The translations under genes and the position numbers were made by a program. Of a stretch of DNA of 64,000 bases, positions 9,433-19,873 are shown one piece after another (position 1 is the first letter of the stretch; each line of letters opens with the position of its first letter). Origin of the DNA: Candidatus Helarchaeota archaeon (GTDB lineage: Archaea > Asgardarchaeota > Lokiarchaeia > Helarchaeales > RDOG01); assembly GCA_019058315.1 (NCBI GenBank), contig JAHPZH010000001.1, forward strand, positions 279,436-343,435, given 5' to 3'. The notes beneath the pieces were generated by a model. It searched no databases and was not told the origin of the DNA. It saw nothing but the letters and a program-made list of their open reading frames with translations.

Positions 9433-10440
9433 TTGAGTCAATGGGACCAAATAGTAACAGAAGAAGATGAAGGGTTTCATAAAAAAGATATAATGGAGTG
9501 GTATTATATCGCTGGGATTTTTAATGATACTAGTCCTGAATTTGAAGATTGGGTATTCGTAAATACGTTTCTGGTCACTCAAGGAATTCGTGAATTTAAT
9601 AGTATGTGGCTTTTCCCTACACATGAAAATAAGGTTTTTGATATAGGTTATATGAGTTTAAAACCACGATCAATAAAAGTGAGTAAAAAACAAGTTGATA
9701 CCACTTATAAAAATAATTTCTTTAAAGGATTCTATCCAAATTATCATCTATACTTCGAGGGAATAGATAATAAATATATTTTTGATTTAAAGTTTAAGGC
9801 AGATGCTGAAATAAAATGGGTTACCAAAAAGGGATCAAATGAGAAAGTAATACGAGCTGACAGAAGTTCATATTTGTATGATTATTTTATTCCCCGCATC
9901 TTACATGAAGGGACATTAACAATTGATGGAAAAGAATGGCCAGTTCGAGCCGATGGTTATTATGAGCATGTACGCGGATTTGTAGACCCAACTGAAACGA
10001 AAGGCTGGTTATGGATTGGTACTCCAAGAGCGGAAGGAAAAGGAAAAAGTAAGAAACTTACCATTAATATCGGTACTGCTTTTAATCTAGACAATACACC
10101 ACAAAATCAAATGATATATTTCACTGAAAATGGAAAAGATTATGGTAGTTTCGAAAAATATGATATTAAAATTCTTGAAATAGAAAAATTTGAGGGTGCA
10201 GATTACCCTAATAAGTTACAAATAACTTCTGAAGAAGGAAGTGATAAGATGGATATTATATTTACAAGGTTACCGAGCACCCATAAAGTTAGTGGAGGAA
10301 GGGAGAATGCTATGATTCAAGCAATTTTTATAACTGGTCCTTGTGTTTGTAAGGGATATCTGCAATGGAATAATAAAAAATATGATGTCAATAGCATTAG
10401 TATCGGAAGTTCCATGTATTTAACACAAATTGGGAAATAA
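9433..10440 (+). CDS. AttH/CrtC/tocopherol-cyclase-like double beta-barrel protein
   Basis: EWYY near N-terminus, GTLTIDG..GYYEHVRG, GWLW; paralog of 15467-16480. Confidence 0.55.
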   Translation: MSQWDQIVTEEDEGFHKKDIMEWYYIAGIFNDTSPEFEDWVFVNTFLVTQGIREFNSMWLFPTHENKVFDIGYMSLKPRSIKVSKKQVDTTYKNNFFKGFYPNYHLYFEGIDNKYIFDLKFKADAEIKWVTKKGSNEKVIRADRSSYLYDYFIPRILHEGTLTIDGKEWPVRADGYYEHVRGFVDPTETKGWLWIGTPRAEGKGKSKKLTINIGTAFNLDNTPQNQMIYFTENGKDYGSFEKYDIKILEIEKFEGADYPNKLQITSEEGSDKMDIIFTRLPSTHKVSGGRENAMIQAIFITGPCVCKGYLQWNNKKYDVNSISIGSSMYLTQIGK

Positions 10441-10469
10441 TTTAATATGAAATAATTTTAATCTGATTA

Positions 10470-11468
10470 CTATTTCTTATTTTTTAAATTTTTTAAAAGA
10501 TCTATTGCTTCCTGTAAATCTGGTTCAAATTCTAAACTTTTTTCTAGGTATTTTATTGCTTTCTGAACATTGCCTATTTTTTCATACGCTTCTCCAATTG
10601 TGCACCATGCATATCCATATTCGGGGTCTAATTCAACTGCTTTTTTTGAAAATTCAATCGCTTTATCAAAGTCTCCAAGCTTAAAGTAAGCGTCTCCAAC
10701 CTCATTCCAAGCTTCTGCGTCTTGAGGGCAGATTTTGATGACCTCTTTATAACATTCTAATGCTTTCTGGTATCCCCCTAACTCATAGTAACTATTTCCC
10801 ATCGCATACCAGCCATCATTATCTTGAGGATCAATTTCCAATACTTTTTTGTAACATTCAATAGCTTTTTGATGTTTATTTAAATATTCATAGCTTGTTC
10901 CCATATTATGCCATGCATCTACAAAATCGGGATCAATCTCTAACGCTTTTTTGGTACACTCAATTGCTTTTTGGTGTTCTTGTAACTCATTATAGGCAAT
11001 CCCCATGATAAGCCAAGCAAGCTTGAATTGGGGATTAATTTCAGTTGCTTTTTGGGAACACTCAAGTACTTTCTGATAATTCTCTAGTTCTTTATAAGTT
11101 ACTGCTAAATTTGTCCATGCTATAAAATCTTGGGGGTCAATTAATATAACCTTATTATAACATTCAATAGCTTTTTCAAAATTGCCTAAGGCTTCGTAAT
11201 TATTTCCCATATCAACCCAAGCATGGATAAATTCGGGCTCTAGTTTAACTGCTTTTTCAAAGCAATAAATTGCCTTTTGATAATTTTCTGATTTTTCATA
11301 ATCCAATCCAGCGTTCCACCAAAGATGAGAAGTTTTCATATCCTCCAAAGGTTTTTCCCCTTTTAATACCGAACGTATAAATTCTTTCGTCCCTTCTCCT
11401 CCAACACCTCTTAGCTTTTTTATTTTTTCAAGTTGAGCTTCTATAATCTTTTCATCTTCTTCTGACAT
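10470..11468 (-). CDS. Tetratricopeptide repeat protein
   Basis: About eight 34-aa repeats of type AW..MG..Y..L..YQKAIECY.K...IDP. Confidence 0.93.
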   Translation of the reverse strand: MSEEDEKIIEAQLEKIKKLRGVGGEGTKEFIRSVLKGEKPLEDMKTSHLWWNAGLDYEKSENYQKAIYCFEKAVKLEPEFIHAWVDMGNNYEALGNFEKAIECYNKVILIDPQDFIAWTNLAVTYKELENYQKVLECSQKATEINPQFKLAWLIMGIAYNELQEHQKAIECTKKALEIDPDFVDAWHNMGTSYEYLNKHQKAIECYKKVLEIDPQDNDGWYAMGNSYYELGGYQKALECYKEVIKICPQDAEAWNEVGDAYFKLGDFDKAIEFSKKAVELDPEYGYAWCTIGEAYEKIGNVQKAIKYLEKSLEFEPDLQEAIDLLKNLKNKK

Positions 11469-11573
11469 TTTAGTTCAGCTAAAGTATTTAATTTAAAAGC
11501 TGAAAATTTATTTAAAAATATTTTAATTTTAAAAAAATTGAAAAAAAAAAAATTGCGATAAAAAAGAACCACA

Positions 11574-11801
11574 TTATATTATTTCTAGAAATCCAATTAG
11601 AATTAATACTGATCCAATTATAATTCCACCAATTCCAATTTTGCTATGGTTTGAAACTGCTACTATTCCCATAACTACTACTGCACCGCCCCCGCCTAAC
11701 CATATATATTCCGCAAATGCAACCGGTAGAGGTATAACTAAAAGGACCGTACCAATTATGCATGAAAGTAACCCAACTGTATCATAACTTTCCCAAGGCA
11801 T
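11574..11801 (-). CDS. Small Gly-rich membrane protein
   Basis: Three hydrophobic segments; ggag SD upstream; poly-T downstream on coding strand. Confidence 0.65.
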   Translation of the reverse strand: MPWESYDTVGLLSCIIGTVLLVIPLPVAFAEYIWLGGGGAVVVMGIVAVSNHSKIGIGGIIIGSVLILIGFLEII

Positions 11802-11914
11802 ATATTTCTCTCCAAAATTTTTTAAAATATTATAATAATTTGTTTTTATATTTTTTATTTTAACTTAATACAATTATATCTTACACCTTTAAATTCGAAG
11901 AAAAAGAAAAAAAA

Positions 11915-14900
11915 TTATTTCATAAATATTTTTTCAATAAATTTACCAATTTTTGAAAATACATTCAAATTTCCTGAAAAAGATTCTAATTCTTCCTGAA
12001 AAAAATCTTCAACTTCTTCAATTAATTGTTTTAATTTATTTTGCAGAGTTATTAGTTTTTCCTCAGTGATTAAAGCAATACTCATAAATCTTCCATGCTC
12101 AAGAAGTATTGTCATTTCCTCTTGTTCAACTATTTTTACTTTTGTTCTATTTAAAGTAAGTTCCTGTATTAACATGGAAATTCCCGTTAGACTTCCTGAA
12201 ACCAATTGTGGTTCCATTCTACGTTCTGCTTTAAACGACTGATCAAAAATACAGATTCCCCCTGGAATGAAAAAATATATATGATGAATTCTATCAAACC
12301 AGCTTATTTCAGATTCTGCTTGTGTATCATGATCTTTCATCTCTTTAATATTTACTGAGGAACTTATTTCGATTGGACAAGGGGGTGCTGTAATTCCTAC
12401 ACTACTTTCAGAGATATTAGGTTTTTCAATAAGATTCAATGCTGAGGTAAGTATTGCTTTTTCATTTTTAACCAAATTTAGATACTTTAATATTTCCTCT
12501 CTTTTCTGTTTATAACCCGCTGTATTAAAAATATCTAGTGCGGTATTGAGATAATTTGTGGCTATACCTAAAAACTGATTTTTCTTAGTATGATCAATTT
12601 CATTATCTGCCTGTATTAGATGCCACATTCCATCAAAGAAAGTGGAGGTTGCTAGGGCCCATTGTGAATCTTGTTCAAAGCCTCCTAAATGATAATTTTT
12701 TGAGGATTCCCTTAAATGCATTTTTATTTGTTTATAAAAATTAATTTTATCATCTAATTTATTGGTTTTGTCAAATAAACTTCCGCATTCAAGAGCTAAA
12801 CAATAATATGAATTACCTAATGATAATTTTTTCATTTTGGAATTATTGAAGAGATTACCTGCTTTTTCAAATAATTCTGATGCAACTGAAAAAAGAGATG
12901 ATCTTTGTTCTACATCGGCCCTCTCCATATTTTGCCAAGCTTTACACAAATAGAATATTGCAGTTAATTCATTTTTTTCTCTTTTTATTGTAAAAGTCTG
13001 ACATAAATTTTCAAAAAGTGAACTTGCTTTATTATATAATTCTGCTGCAAGTATGTGGTTTCCTTTTTTACTCTCTAATCTTGCTGTTTCTAATTGATAA
13101 CGGGCTGTACTGTACATTTCCCGAATTTTTGCGACTTTAATTAATCTGGATATTCTATATTCATCTTCTGGAGATAATCCATTTTCTAAATATGTTTTTA
13201 AAATTTCTCCTACTTCTCGAAAATCTTCTTGAGCTGTTAGAAATATGTTTGAGGCTTCTAAATGTCTATTTTCTTTACTCAATTTTTCTGCTTTTTGCAA
13301 CACTGCCCATGCAGAATAAAAAGGAGCTTCAAATTTATATTCCTTGATTTGATCTAAAATAATGCTTGCTTTTTCATAATTCACTTCTGCATTTTCATGG
13401 TCTTCATTTGTATGATAAGACTTAGCAATCTCAATTAGATTCCAAGCTCTTACATAATTTTTTAATATAACAGTTTCTTTAATTAATTCCGTATAGGTAA
13501 GTGTTTTTATTGCACTATCAAATGAATCAAGAGCTTTCTGATAATCTTCCGCTGCATAAAGATAGTTTCCCAACCTATCCTCAATTCTAGCAAGGTTTAT
13601 GTATCCCGATCCTACTAAATTATAATAACCTTTATTTTTACAATACTCAATCGCATCTTTGTATGCTGAGCTAGACTCTTCTAATATTTTATCTTTATTA
13701 GTTAATCTTCCAATTTCATAATAAGAATCACCAATTAAGAAAATATTTTCTATGTGAAAAAGGGCAACTATCATTTTTTTACTTTCAGTCAAAAGATCTA
13801 TCGTTGTCTCATAATAATTGACTTTTTCGGATATTTTTGGTACATTTTTAGCTAATATTAGTCCCGCTCTAGATACACAAAATAAATATCCTTGATAATG
13901 AAAAAAAGTGTTATTTATTTTTTTAGTATCAAATTCAGATATCTGATTGAAGATTTCAGCAGCTATTTGTAAATATTCCTCTCTCTCTCTCTTTTCTTTT
14001 GATAAATCTCCCAATATTGAATTTACCGTGCATAATTCACAATTATATAGTAGATGAAATATTTTATAACTCGGATCCTTCATTACTGGTATTTCTTCTT
14101 TTAATATTCCTAATAATTCTTGAATTTTTTTTGCCAAACCGATACGTTGTGTTTCTGGACTTGAACGATTAAGAGCACCAACTAAAAAAACACCTGCTGA
14201 ATAAAAAATATTATGTGCACCCATTGCGCTAGGAAATAATAGAGACGCTGACCTAACACAGAGGTTTACATCTTCCAAAATATATTGAAATTCCCTCGCT
14301 GACTGACCTTTATCTCTCATAAATATTGCAGAAGTAAATCTCGTGTAATAAAACAACACTAATGGTGAATGAGCCCTTATTTTTGGTAATAATTCTTCTC
14401 CCTTCGTAATCCATGCTTGAGCTTTTTTTAAGTATTTTATTTGTTCAGATTGATTATTTGCATAATAAGTTGCATAAGATGCATGAGTCCAAGAATAAAA
14501 TGCATAAGCGTAAAATAAACATAGTGTTTTTATTGAATTTTCATAAATATTGATGAATTCTTCAAATCGATCTATATTTCTTTCTAAAAAATACTTTAGA
14601 TCTATATTTTCAGCTGGTAAAAAATGCGTAATCCAATTGGAAAATTCATGTATGCTTTTTAAATAGGAATATAAATAAATTTCAGGAAAATCTTGCTGTT
14701 TTTTTATTTGATCCCATATTTCTCTTATTAATATTTCCGATTCTGACACTAAATCTTTTACATCGGCGACCTCATCAATTCTAATGAGTTTTTCACTTAT
14801 AAACAAACTTAAAGATTTGCTTTCCAAAATTTTCATTTTTAATGAATCTGATAAATTTCCACTATCTATTGATATTTCTTTCGCTTTTTTGAAATATTTC

Positions 14901-15295
14901 TTTGCAGTTTCCAATAATTTTTCTTCTTTTCCAACGAAAGTTCCAGATATATATTTCAATAGATCAATAAAACCTAAAGATGCATTTATTTTTTGTTCAT
15001 TATATAATTTTTTAAATGTTTCATGTGCGTTGGAAAAATTTAAAATCGATTGTTGAAGATATTCCAAGATCTTTTCCTTGTTATCTTCAAAATCCGCAGC
15101 TATTTGATAAATAACTCCCAATTTGTAATGTATATCACATTCAATTTTTTCCAATTTATTTTCTACACTAATTTCCCATGCTTCTTTTAAAAGATTTATG
15201 GCGTTATCCCATTTATATTTGTGTTCTTCTTCTTCTGCTTTTTGAATTATTCCATTGATTTGTTTTAGAATTTCTTCTTGTGATAAATCTGCCAT
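11915..15295 (-). CDS. Large TPR-like alpha-solenoid protein with C-terminal Asgard longin-like domain
   Basis: Helical repeats throughout; terminal IHHIYFFIPGGICIF..PQLVSGSLTGISMLIQE..ILLEHG..LESFSGNLNVF. Confidence 0.75.
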   Translation of the reverse strand: MADLSQEEILKQINGIIQKAEEEEHKYKWDNAINLLKEAWEISVENKLEKIECDIHYKLGVIYQIAADFEDNKEKILEYLQQSILNFSNAHETFKKLYNEQKINASLGFIDLLKYISGTFVGKEEKLLETAKKYFKKAKEISIDSGNLSDSLKMKILESKSLSLFISEKLIRIDEVADVKDLVSESEILIREIWDQIKKQQDFPEIYLYSYLKSIHEFSNWITHFLPAENIDLKYFLERNIDRFEEFINIYENSIKTLCLFYAYAFYSWTHASYATYYANNQSEQIKYLKKAQAWITKGEELLPKIRAHSPLVLFYYTRFTSAIFMRDKGQSAREFQYILEDVNLCVRSASLLFPSAMGAHNIFYSAGVFLVGALNRSSPETQRIGLAKKIQELLGILKEEIPVMKDPSYKIFHLLYNCELCTVNSILGDLSKEKREREEYLQIAAEIFNQISEFDTKKINNTFFHYQGYLFCVSRAGLILAKNVPKISEKVNYYETTIDLLTESKKMIVALFHIENIFLIGDSYYEIGRLTNKDKILEESSSAYKDAIEYCKNKGYYNLVGSGYINLARIEDRLGNYLYAAEDYQKALDSFDSAIKTLTYTELIKETVILKNYVRAWNLIEIAKSYHTNEDHENAEVNYEKASIILDQIKEYKFEAPFYSAWAVLQKAEKLSKENRHLEASNIFLTAQEDFREVGEILKTYLENGLSPEDEYRISRLIKVAKIREMYSTARYQLETARLESKKGNHILAAELYNKASSLFENLCQTFTIKREKNELTAIFYLCKAWQNMERADVEQRSSLFSVASELFEKAGNLFNNSKMKKLSLGNSYYCLALECGSLFDKTNKLDDKINFYKQIKMHLRESSKNYHLGGFEQDSQWALATSTFFDGMWHLIQADNEIDHTKKNQFLGIATNYLNTALDIFNTAGYKQKREEILKYLNLVKNEKAILTSALNLIEKPNISESSVGITAPPCPIEISSSVNIKEMKDHDTQAESEISWFDRIHHIYFFIPGGICIFDQSFKAERRMEPQLVSGSLTGISMLIQELTLNRTKVKIVEQEEMTILLEHGRFMSIALITEEKLITLQNKLKQLIEEVEDFFQEELESFSGNLNVFSKIGKFIEKIFMK

Positions 15296-15466
15296 TTAAT
15301 AATTTTCCCCGTTTATGTATCACGAATATATTATTATGTTTTTTTTAAAAAGATTGGTTTTGAATGATAATAACTAATACTTGTTAATCTGAAAAAAATT
15401 TATCCATTAATTAAATTATTATAATGACCAAAAAGTTAATTTTTAGATAAAATTTATGAAATTTGG

Positions 15467-16480
15467 TTGAAGCTTATGTCACAAAAAGCAAAAATACTTA
15501 AAAAACATGAAATTACTCTCGACGATGAAGGAGAACATAAAAATGATTTATTAGAATGGCATTATTTAAATGGTTTTATTGAAAAAAATTCTAATAATCC
15601 ATACTCGGGCTGGAAATTCATCACAAATTTTACAAAAGCTCGAGGTTTTTTTGATAATGTAATGTTCTTATTATTTCCACCTGAAAAAGATCCTATTGAT
15701 CGCTCAAAATATTCTATGAAATACCGATCTATGAAATTTGCTAAAGGCAAATTAGAAGGAAGGGTCCAAAACGATGTGATTAAAGGTCGTTACCCAAATT
15801 ATGAAATTTATATTGAAAAAACACAAGAGGACAAAATCAGTAGTTTAGACGTAAAAATTTTCCCTTTAATAAAAACAAAATGGGCTTTCGTTGAAAAGGG
15901 AGGAAAAGCTATTGCAGATCAAAGTAATTTGGCACAATATGCATTTTTAAAAACTGGAATTGAAGGACAACTAACCGTTGATGATGTTGTTGCTCCAATA
16001 AAAGCTGTTGGATATTATGAACATGTATGGGCAACAATAAATCCGAAAGCGTTTAAAGGCTGGATGTGGTATTGTATCCCTAATGCTTCAAAAACAACAC
16101 CCAAGCTATCAATTAATATAGCTATTGGTCTAAGACCTGATGACTCTTTGACCACGAGATTTGTTCATTATACTTTTGACGGAGAAAATTTTTACGCTTT
16201 TGATGATTATGATGTGGATATACTAGAAACAGCGGTTCATGATAATATGGAATATGGAACAAGGATCAAAGTCACCCAAAAACTTCCAAATAGTGAACTT
16301 AATATTACTATTACAAGAGATAAACATCCAAGTACAAGAACTCATCAAGGAGGTTTTGCGGTTTTAAGATTTATTACAGGTGGAGCTTGGGTAAAGGGTT
16401 ATATAATCCATGATAATAAAAAATATGAGATTGATGGAGATAGTATTGGTAGTTCATTTTTATTATCTTCCTCTAAATAA
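15467..16480 (+). CDS. AttH/CrtC-like double beta-barrel protein (paralog of 9433-10440); start may be ATG 15476
   Basis: EWHY, GRYPNYEIY, GYYEHVWA, KGWMWY, FITG..KGYI..KKYEI..SIGSS shared with 9433 ORF. Confidence 0.55.
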   Translation: MKLMSQKAKILKKHEITLDDEGEHKNDLLEWHYLNGFIEKNSNNPYSGWKFITNFTKARGFFDNVMFLLFPPEKDPIDRSKYSMKYRSMKFAKGKLEGRVQNDVIKGRYPNYEIYIEKTQEDKISSLDVKIFPLIKTKWAFVEKGGKAIADQSNLAQYAFLKTGIEGQLTVDDVVAPIKAVGYYEHVWATINPKAFKGWMWYCIPNASKTTPKLSINIAIGLRPDDSLTTRFVHYTFDGENFYAFDDYDVDILETAVHDNMEYGTRIKVTQKLPNSELNITITRDKHPSTRTHQGGFAVLRFITGGAWVKGYIIHDNKKYEIDGDSIGSSFLLSSSK

Positions 16481-16517
16481 AATAAATAATGTATTATAAA
16501 CTAATAAGTGATGAAAA

Positions 16518-17330
16518 ATGCCAAAAATTCTTGTCAAAGATGTAAAGATTTATTATGAAACTTTAGGAGAAGGTGAACCAATCTGTTTAATTATGGGGTG
16601 GGGTGGAAGCAGTGTTATGTGGTACCGGCAACGAGAAATGCTTGCAAAATCATATAAAGTAATTTTAATAGATAATCGTGGCACGGGAAGAAGTGCAAAA
16701 CCAAAATACCCATATAAAATGGAAATGTTTATTGACGATATTAAAGGAGTATTAGATCATCTAAATATTTCTAAATTACATCTTATGGGATGTTCAATGG
16801 GGGGAATGATTTCTCAACAATTTGCTCTAACTTATCCAGAAATGCTTAGCTCACTTATTCTATGCTGCACATCTGCTAATGTGAAGATGCCAGGAGTTCG
16901 AAATGAAGATCCTGAAAAATTATTTCTAATGACGAGTGTTACTCCTGAAAATTTAAAGGAGATGTTCTCCTTAATATTTACAAAAAAATACATTGACTGG
17001 TTGTTTTCAGAAGAAGGAAGAGATGAATTTAATAACTTAATTGGTGAAATGGCTAAATATCCACCTACAATTAAAGGAATGAAAAATCAATTTAGTGCAA
17101 TACAAGACCATGATGTTGTAAATCGTTTAGGAGAAATTAAAATTCCTACTTTGATATTGGTGGGTAAGAACGATGTTTTATTACCTCCTAGAAATTCTAA
17201 AATTATTCATAAAAACATAGCTAATTCAGAACTGCAGATCCTTGAAGGTGGACATATGTTTTGGATTGAAGCAGAAAAAGAATTCAATAAAGCTGTTATA
17301 GATTTTCTTAGTAAGCACAAAATAAATTGA
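16518..17330 (+). CDS. Alpha/beta hydrolase
   Basis: DNRGTGRS, GCSMGG nucleophile, GKND, GGHM. Confidence 0.92.
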   Translation: MPKILVKDVKIYYETLGEGEPICLIMGWGGSSVMWYRQREMLAKSYKVILIDNRGTGRSAKPKYPYKMEMFIDDIKGVLDHLNISKLHLMGCSMGGMISQQFALTYPEMLSSLILCCTSANVKMPGVRNEDPEKLFLMTSVTPENLKEMFSLIFTKKYIDWLFSEEGRDEFNNLIGEMAKYPPTIKGMKNQFSAIQDHDVVNRLGEIKIPTLILVGKNDVLLPPRNSKIIHKNIANSELQILEGGHMFWIEAEKEFNKAVIDFLSKHKIN

Positions 17331-17351
17331 TGAAAAAATAAAAAAAAGAAA

Positions 17352-18965
17352 TTAATTTACTTGTCTCTCTTTACCTTCCCAATATTTTGCTCTTAAATCC
17401 TTTTTTAATATTTTCCCTTGTGCGCTTTTTGGTAATGATCTTTTAAATACAACGCTTTTTGGTGCTTCATATCTTGCTATATTATCCTTACAAAATGCAA
17501 TAATCTCCTCTTCAGTAACATCCACTCCTTTTTTATAACCTTTTTTAAGGCTAACAATCGCATGGACTGCCTCTCCCCAACGTTCATCAGGAATACCAAT
17601 TACTGCACATTCTAAAACTGCCGGGTGTTTATAAATGCATTCTTCAACCGCTATAGAATATACATTCTCTCCTCCGGTAATTATCATGTCCTTTTTTCTA
17701 TCAATGATGTAAAGATATCCATCTTTATCCATTCGTCCCAAATCACCAGTATATAACCAATCATCTTTAATTGTTTCTGCTGTTTTTTCTGGCTTTTTCC
17801 AATATCCTATCATCATTCCGGAACCTTTTGCTATAATCTCGCCAATTTCTCCAATTTCTACATCTTCTCCCTTCTCATCAACTAATCTTACATCAGTTCC
17901 GACTTCAGGGCGACCCGTGGAAGTTAATTGATATTCATTTCCAGGTTTCATCGCTTCTAGATGGTCTAATGGAAGCATTACTGAAATTGTTGGATATTCT
18001 GTTTGTCCGAAAGCTTGAAAGAAACAGGCATTATAAAAAGTCTCCATTGCCTTTTTCAATACTGTTGGTGGCATTGGACTTGCTGCATAATAAATTTGAA
18101 TAATGTTTTCTATATGCTCTTTCCTTAAGTCTTCTTGTTGTAATAATAGGTTTAACATCGTGGGGACTAGTCCAAAACAATTTATTTTTTCATCAATCAA
18201 AGTTTGAAGAAATTCTCTTATTACAAAAGAATCCATAAGAATAGTTGGAGCTGGTGCCACAACTCCAGATGTTGTTCCCCAAGCACCCATAATATGAAAA
18301 AGTGGTGTGGCTATTAAATTTCTCAATCCTCCCCATTTAATTATTTTTGGAGTCCCCCAAAAAGATGATGCATAAACACGGACTACATTATTTATAATGG
18401 CATAATGAGAAAGCATTACCCCTTTTGGCAATCCAGTCGTACCTCCAGTATATATCATAAAAGACATATCCATATCTTTGATAGGTTCTGAGGGAATTGG
18501 CTCCTCTTTTGAAAACTTCGTGGCTAAATCCTCATAATCCATATATTCGGATGGCACACCTGTTCCATTTTGATCATACATCACAATATTTTTTATTTTT
18601 GGACATTGTTCCTTAATGGCAGGCATGTTGTAAAGTAAATCATTTGACATTATCAAAGTTTCAGCTTCACAATCATTCAGAATATAGACGATATCATTTT
18701 TAGATGCCATATAATTGATAGGTGTTGCGCAGGCAACTTTAGTTATACCAAAAAAAGAATTCATAACACCATCAGAATTGTGTGCTAGTAATGCAACTCG
18801 ATCTCCTTTCTTGATATTGGCAATTTCTTTTAATCCATTAGCAATTGAATTTGCCCTTTCGTTTACCTGTAGCCAATTAAAGCGTTTATTTTTAAAAACT
18901 ATCGCTTCCAAATCTTTAGTATGTACGAATCTAGCATTTTTTTCACAATAATCTCCAATTTTCAT
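17352..18965 (-). CDS. Long-chain fatty acid--CoA ligase (AMP-binding)
   Basis: YTGGTTGLPKG, FGQTE, TGDLG, DRKKDMIITGGENVY, GKILK. Confidence 0.93.
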   Translation of the reverse strand: MKIGDYCEKNARFVHTKDLEAIVFKNKRFNWLQVNERANSIANGLKEIANIKKGDRVALLAHNSDGVMNSFFGITKVACATPINYMASKNDIVYILNDCEAETLIMSNDLLYNMPAIKEQCPKIKNIVMYDQNGTGVPSEYMDYEDLATKFSKEEPIPSEPIKDMDMSFMIYTGGTTGLPKGVMLSHYAIINNVVRVYASSFWGTPKIIKWGGLRNLIATPLFHIMGAWGTTSGVVAPAPTILMDSFVIREFLQTLIDEKINCFGLVPTMLNLLLQQEDLRKEHIENIIQIYYAASPMPPTVLKKAMETFYNACFFQAFGQTEYPTISVMLPLDHLEAMKPGNEYQLTSTGRPEVGTDVRLVDEKGEDVEIGEIGEIIAKGSGMMIGYWKKPEKTAETIKDDWLYTGDLGRMDKDGYLYIIDRKKDMIITGGENVYSIAVEECIYKHPAVLECAVIGIPDERWGEAVHAIVSLKKGYKKGVDVTEEEIIAFCKDNIARYEAPKSVVFKRSLPKSAQGKILKKDLRAKYWEGKERQVN

Positions 18966-19129
18966 TTTAAATCACTATCTTAAAAATAAAAATCCACTAA
19001 TAATGATAATTTTTATCTAAAAATCCTTAGGAATTTAAAATTTTCTAAAAAAAGAATAAAATTTTAGCAATCAAAGAGTAATTGAGTGTTCATTCTTGGT
19101 TATTATTTTCAAAATGACTAATTATAGGT

Positions 19130-19846
19130 TCAAGTTATGGGCTTAACCGCACCACGCACCATGAATAAGAATATTATATCAACGAAACATATCCAGATTA
19201 ACCAAAATGCGGTTACTTGAGGAGGCATCGGAAAGGCTGCGTAAGGTAAGGCAAAGAAAATAACCAATGCCACCAGACCAATACCAATTGTAATTCCTAT
19301 ACTAAAAATACCCACTAAAATCAATCCAATACGATATTTTTGCTCTAACCGTTCCGATGAGCTATCTTTGAAACTTCCAATGGCTAATAACAAATATGCA
19401 AACATTCCTAAACAGAATATAACTTCAAATACTAAGTAAGAAATCCAAGGGTAGCTGGTAGGTTGTGTTGTTAAAAATAAGATTGCATTTATTGCAATCA
19501 AAGATAAAATCGTAATAAAAATTACCCAACCAATAAATTGAAGAGATCTAATGTGCTTAAAGTGAATTTCGAAAACCAAAAGATATACAGCAAAATAAGT
19601 ACATCCAATTAAAGCGAAGAACATTGAATATAGAAATGGGTTCAAATAAAAGTAATAATTAGAAGGTGCAGTAAGTTCAGATATAAATAAACAAATAATT
19701 CCAAAGATCAAGGTTAAAAATATAATCGTAATAAGGATAATCCATTTATGAGGGAAGAAATCTCCCCATTTAACATTTAATATTAATATAATTAGGCTTA
19801 ATACTGCTATCGATGTGATATAAATCAAGAATAAACCAAAATCCAA
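19130..19846 (-). CDS. Membrane protein with about 7 TM helices
   Basis: Seven hydrophobic stretches; ggtg SD before TTG start. Confidence 0.7.
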   Translation of the reverse strand: MDFGLFLIYITSIAVLSLIILILNVKWGDFFPHKWIILITIIFLTLIFGIICLFISELTAPSNYYFYLNPFLYSMFFALIGCTYFAVYLLVFEIHFKHIRSLQFIGWVIFITILSLIAINAILFLTTQPTSYPWISYLVFEVIFCLGMFAYLLLAIGSFKDSSSERLEQKYRIGLILVGIFSIGITIGIGLVALVIFFALPYAAFPMPPQVTAFWLIWICFVDIIFLFMVRGAVKPIT

Positions 19847-19873
19847 ACTAAAACACCTTTTTTAACATCTTTT

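Noticed and set aside
19130-19846. Rhodopsin or GPCR assignment for the 7-TM protein
   Set aside because: No retinal-binding Lys motif in the last helix and no recognisable family motif; TM count alone is insufficient.
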